NCBI GenBank assembly: GCA_964016885.1
Contig: OZ024740.1
Location: forward strand, 395,932,001 to 395,996,000
Reading direction: 5' to 3'
DNA: 64,000 nt
Source: Eledone cirrhosa
Taxonomy: Eukaryota
Below, in pieces: positions 63,582 through 64,000 of this stretch (its first letter is position 1; the number at the start of each line of letters is the position of its first letter). The position numbers and the translations under genes were made by a program. The notes below the pieces were generated by a model. It did not search any database. It was not told the origin of the DNA and worked only from the letters and a program-made list of their open reading frames with translations.

Positions 63582-64000
63582 TACACGGGTGTGTATGATT
63601 GTGTATAGAAGATTATATTAATAAAAGGAATTCCAACTTTGTCTGATTTACTCGTTTTATTTACAATCCTTTAAAATTTATAATGGTATTAGAATGAAAT
63701 AGTATGGTAGAATATTAAATGTTAAGTGTTAATTGAACAAGTACTTTCATGCTTTCGCAATCTTCAGGTTCATAATATGTGGTGACAGTCAAGTTTGCAA
63801 TTTTTAACTGTAATGAGATGGGTAAATGTTGTGCCTTATATACAGTGAAAGGTGGCTCGAGAATGCTAAATCTTGCAAACTGTATTTCGACCAATCGGTG
63901 TGTAGTTTCACTGGATTACTAAAGCTGATTGGTTTAGGCGTCACGGTTGTTTGAGCATGTCTAACGACTATTAATTGACCCGAATCAAAGCATCAATTGT

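Overview
AT-rich, repeat-dense animal genomic DNA. The SINE families, RTE LINEs with (GAT)n tails and microsatellite load suggest a cephalopod (octopus-like) genome; this is inference, not a database match. Two host genes lie on the minus strand. One is a 4-exon ATG8-family gene (GABARAPL2-like; CDS exons 33494-33527, 7458-7513, 5858-6030, 2310-2430; 127 aa; 26 kb first intron) that the ORF track misses. The other is an intronless two-RRM RBM34/Nop12-like gene (40584-41846). Most of the rest is mobile DNA: RTE LINEs (one family carries a PHD-like finger inside the RT region), CR1-like fragments, two tRNA-derived SINE families, piggyBac-type MITEs, non-autonomous Helitrons, a decayed Gypsy, a mariner fragment and a young non-coding LTR element. 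From about 52.3 kb onward there is a complex satellite/telomere-like domain. The most notable observations are: (1) the non-autonomous LTR element has a tRNA-Trp PBS that runs past position 58 with a mismatch there, followed by a second LTR-end+PBS; (2) a 43-copy 21-bp minisatellite grown from a SINE's Pol III A-box; (3) a recurring GTCA-N7-TGATA spaced palindrome, inverted repeats and telomere-like arrays in the right-hand domain; (4) head-to-tail Helitron junctions; (5) fold-back palindromes at element ends. All alignments were done by eye, and element boundaries without TSDs are approximate.
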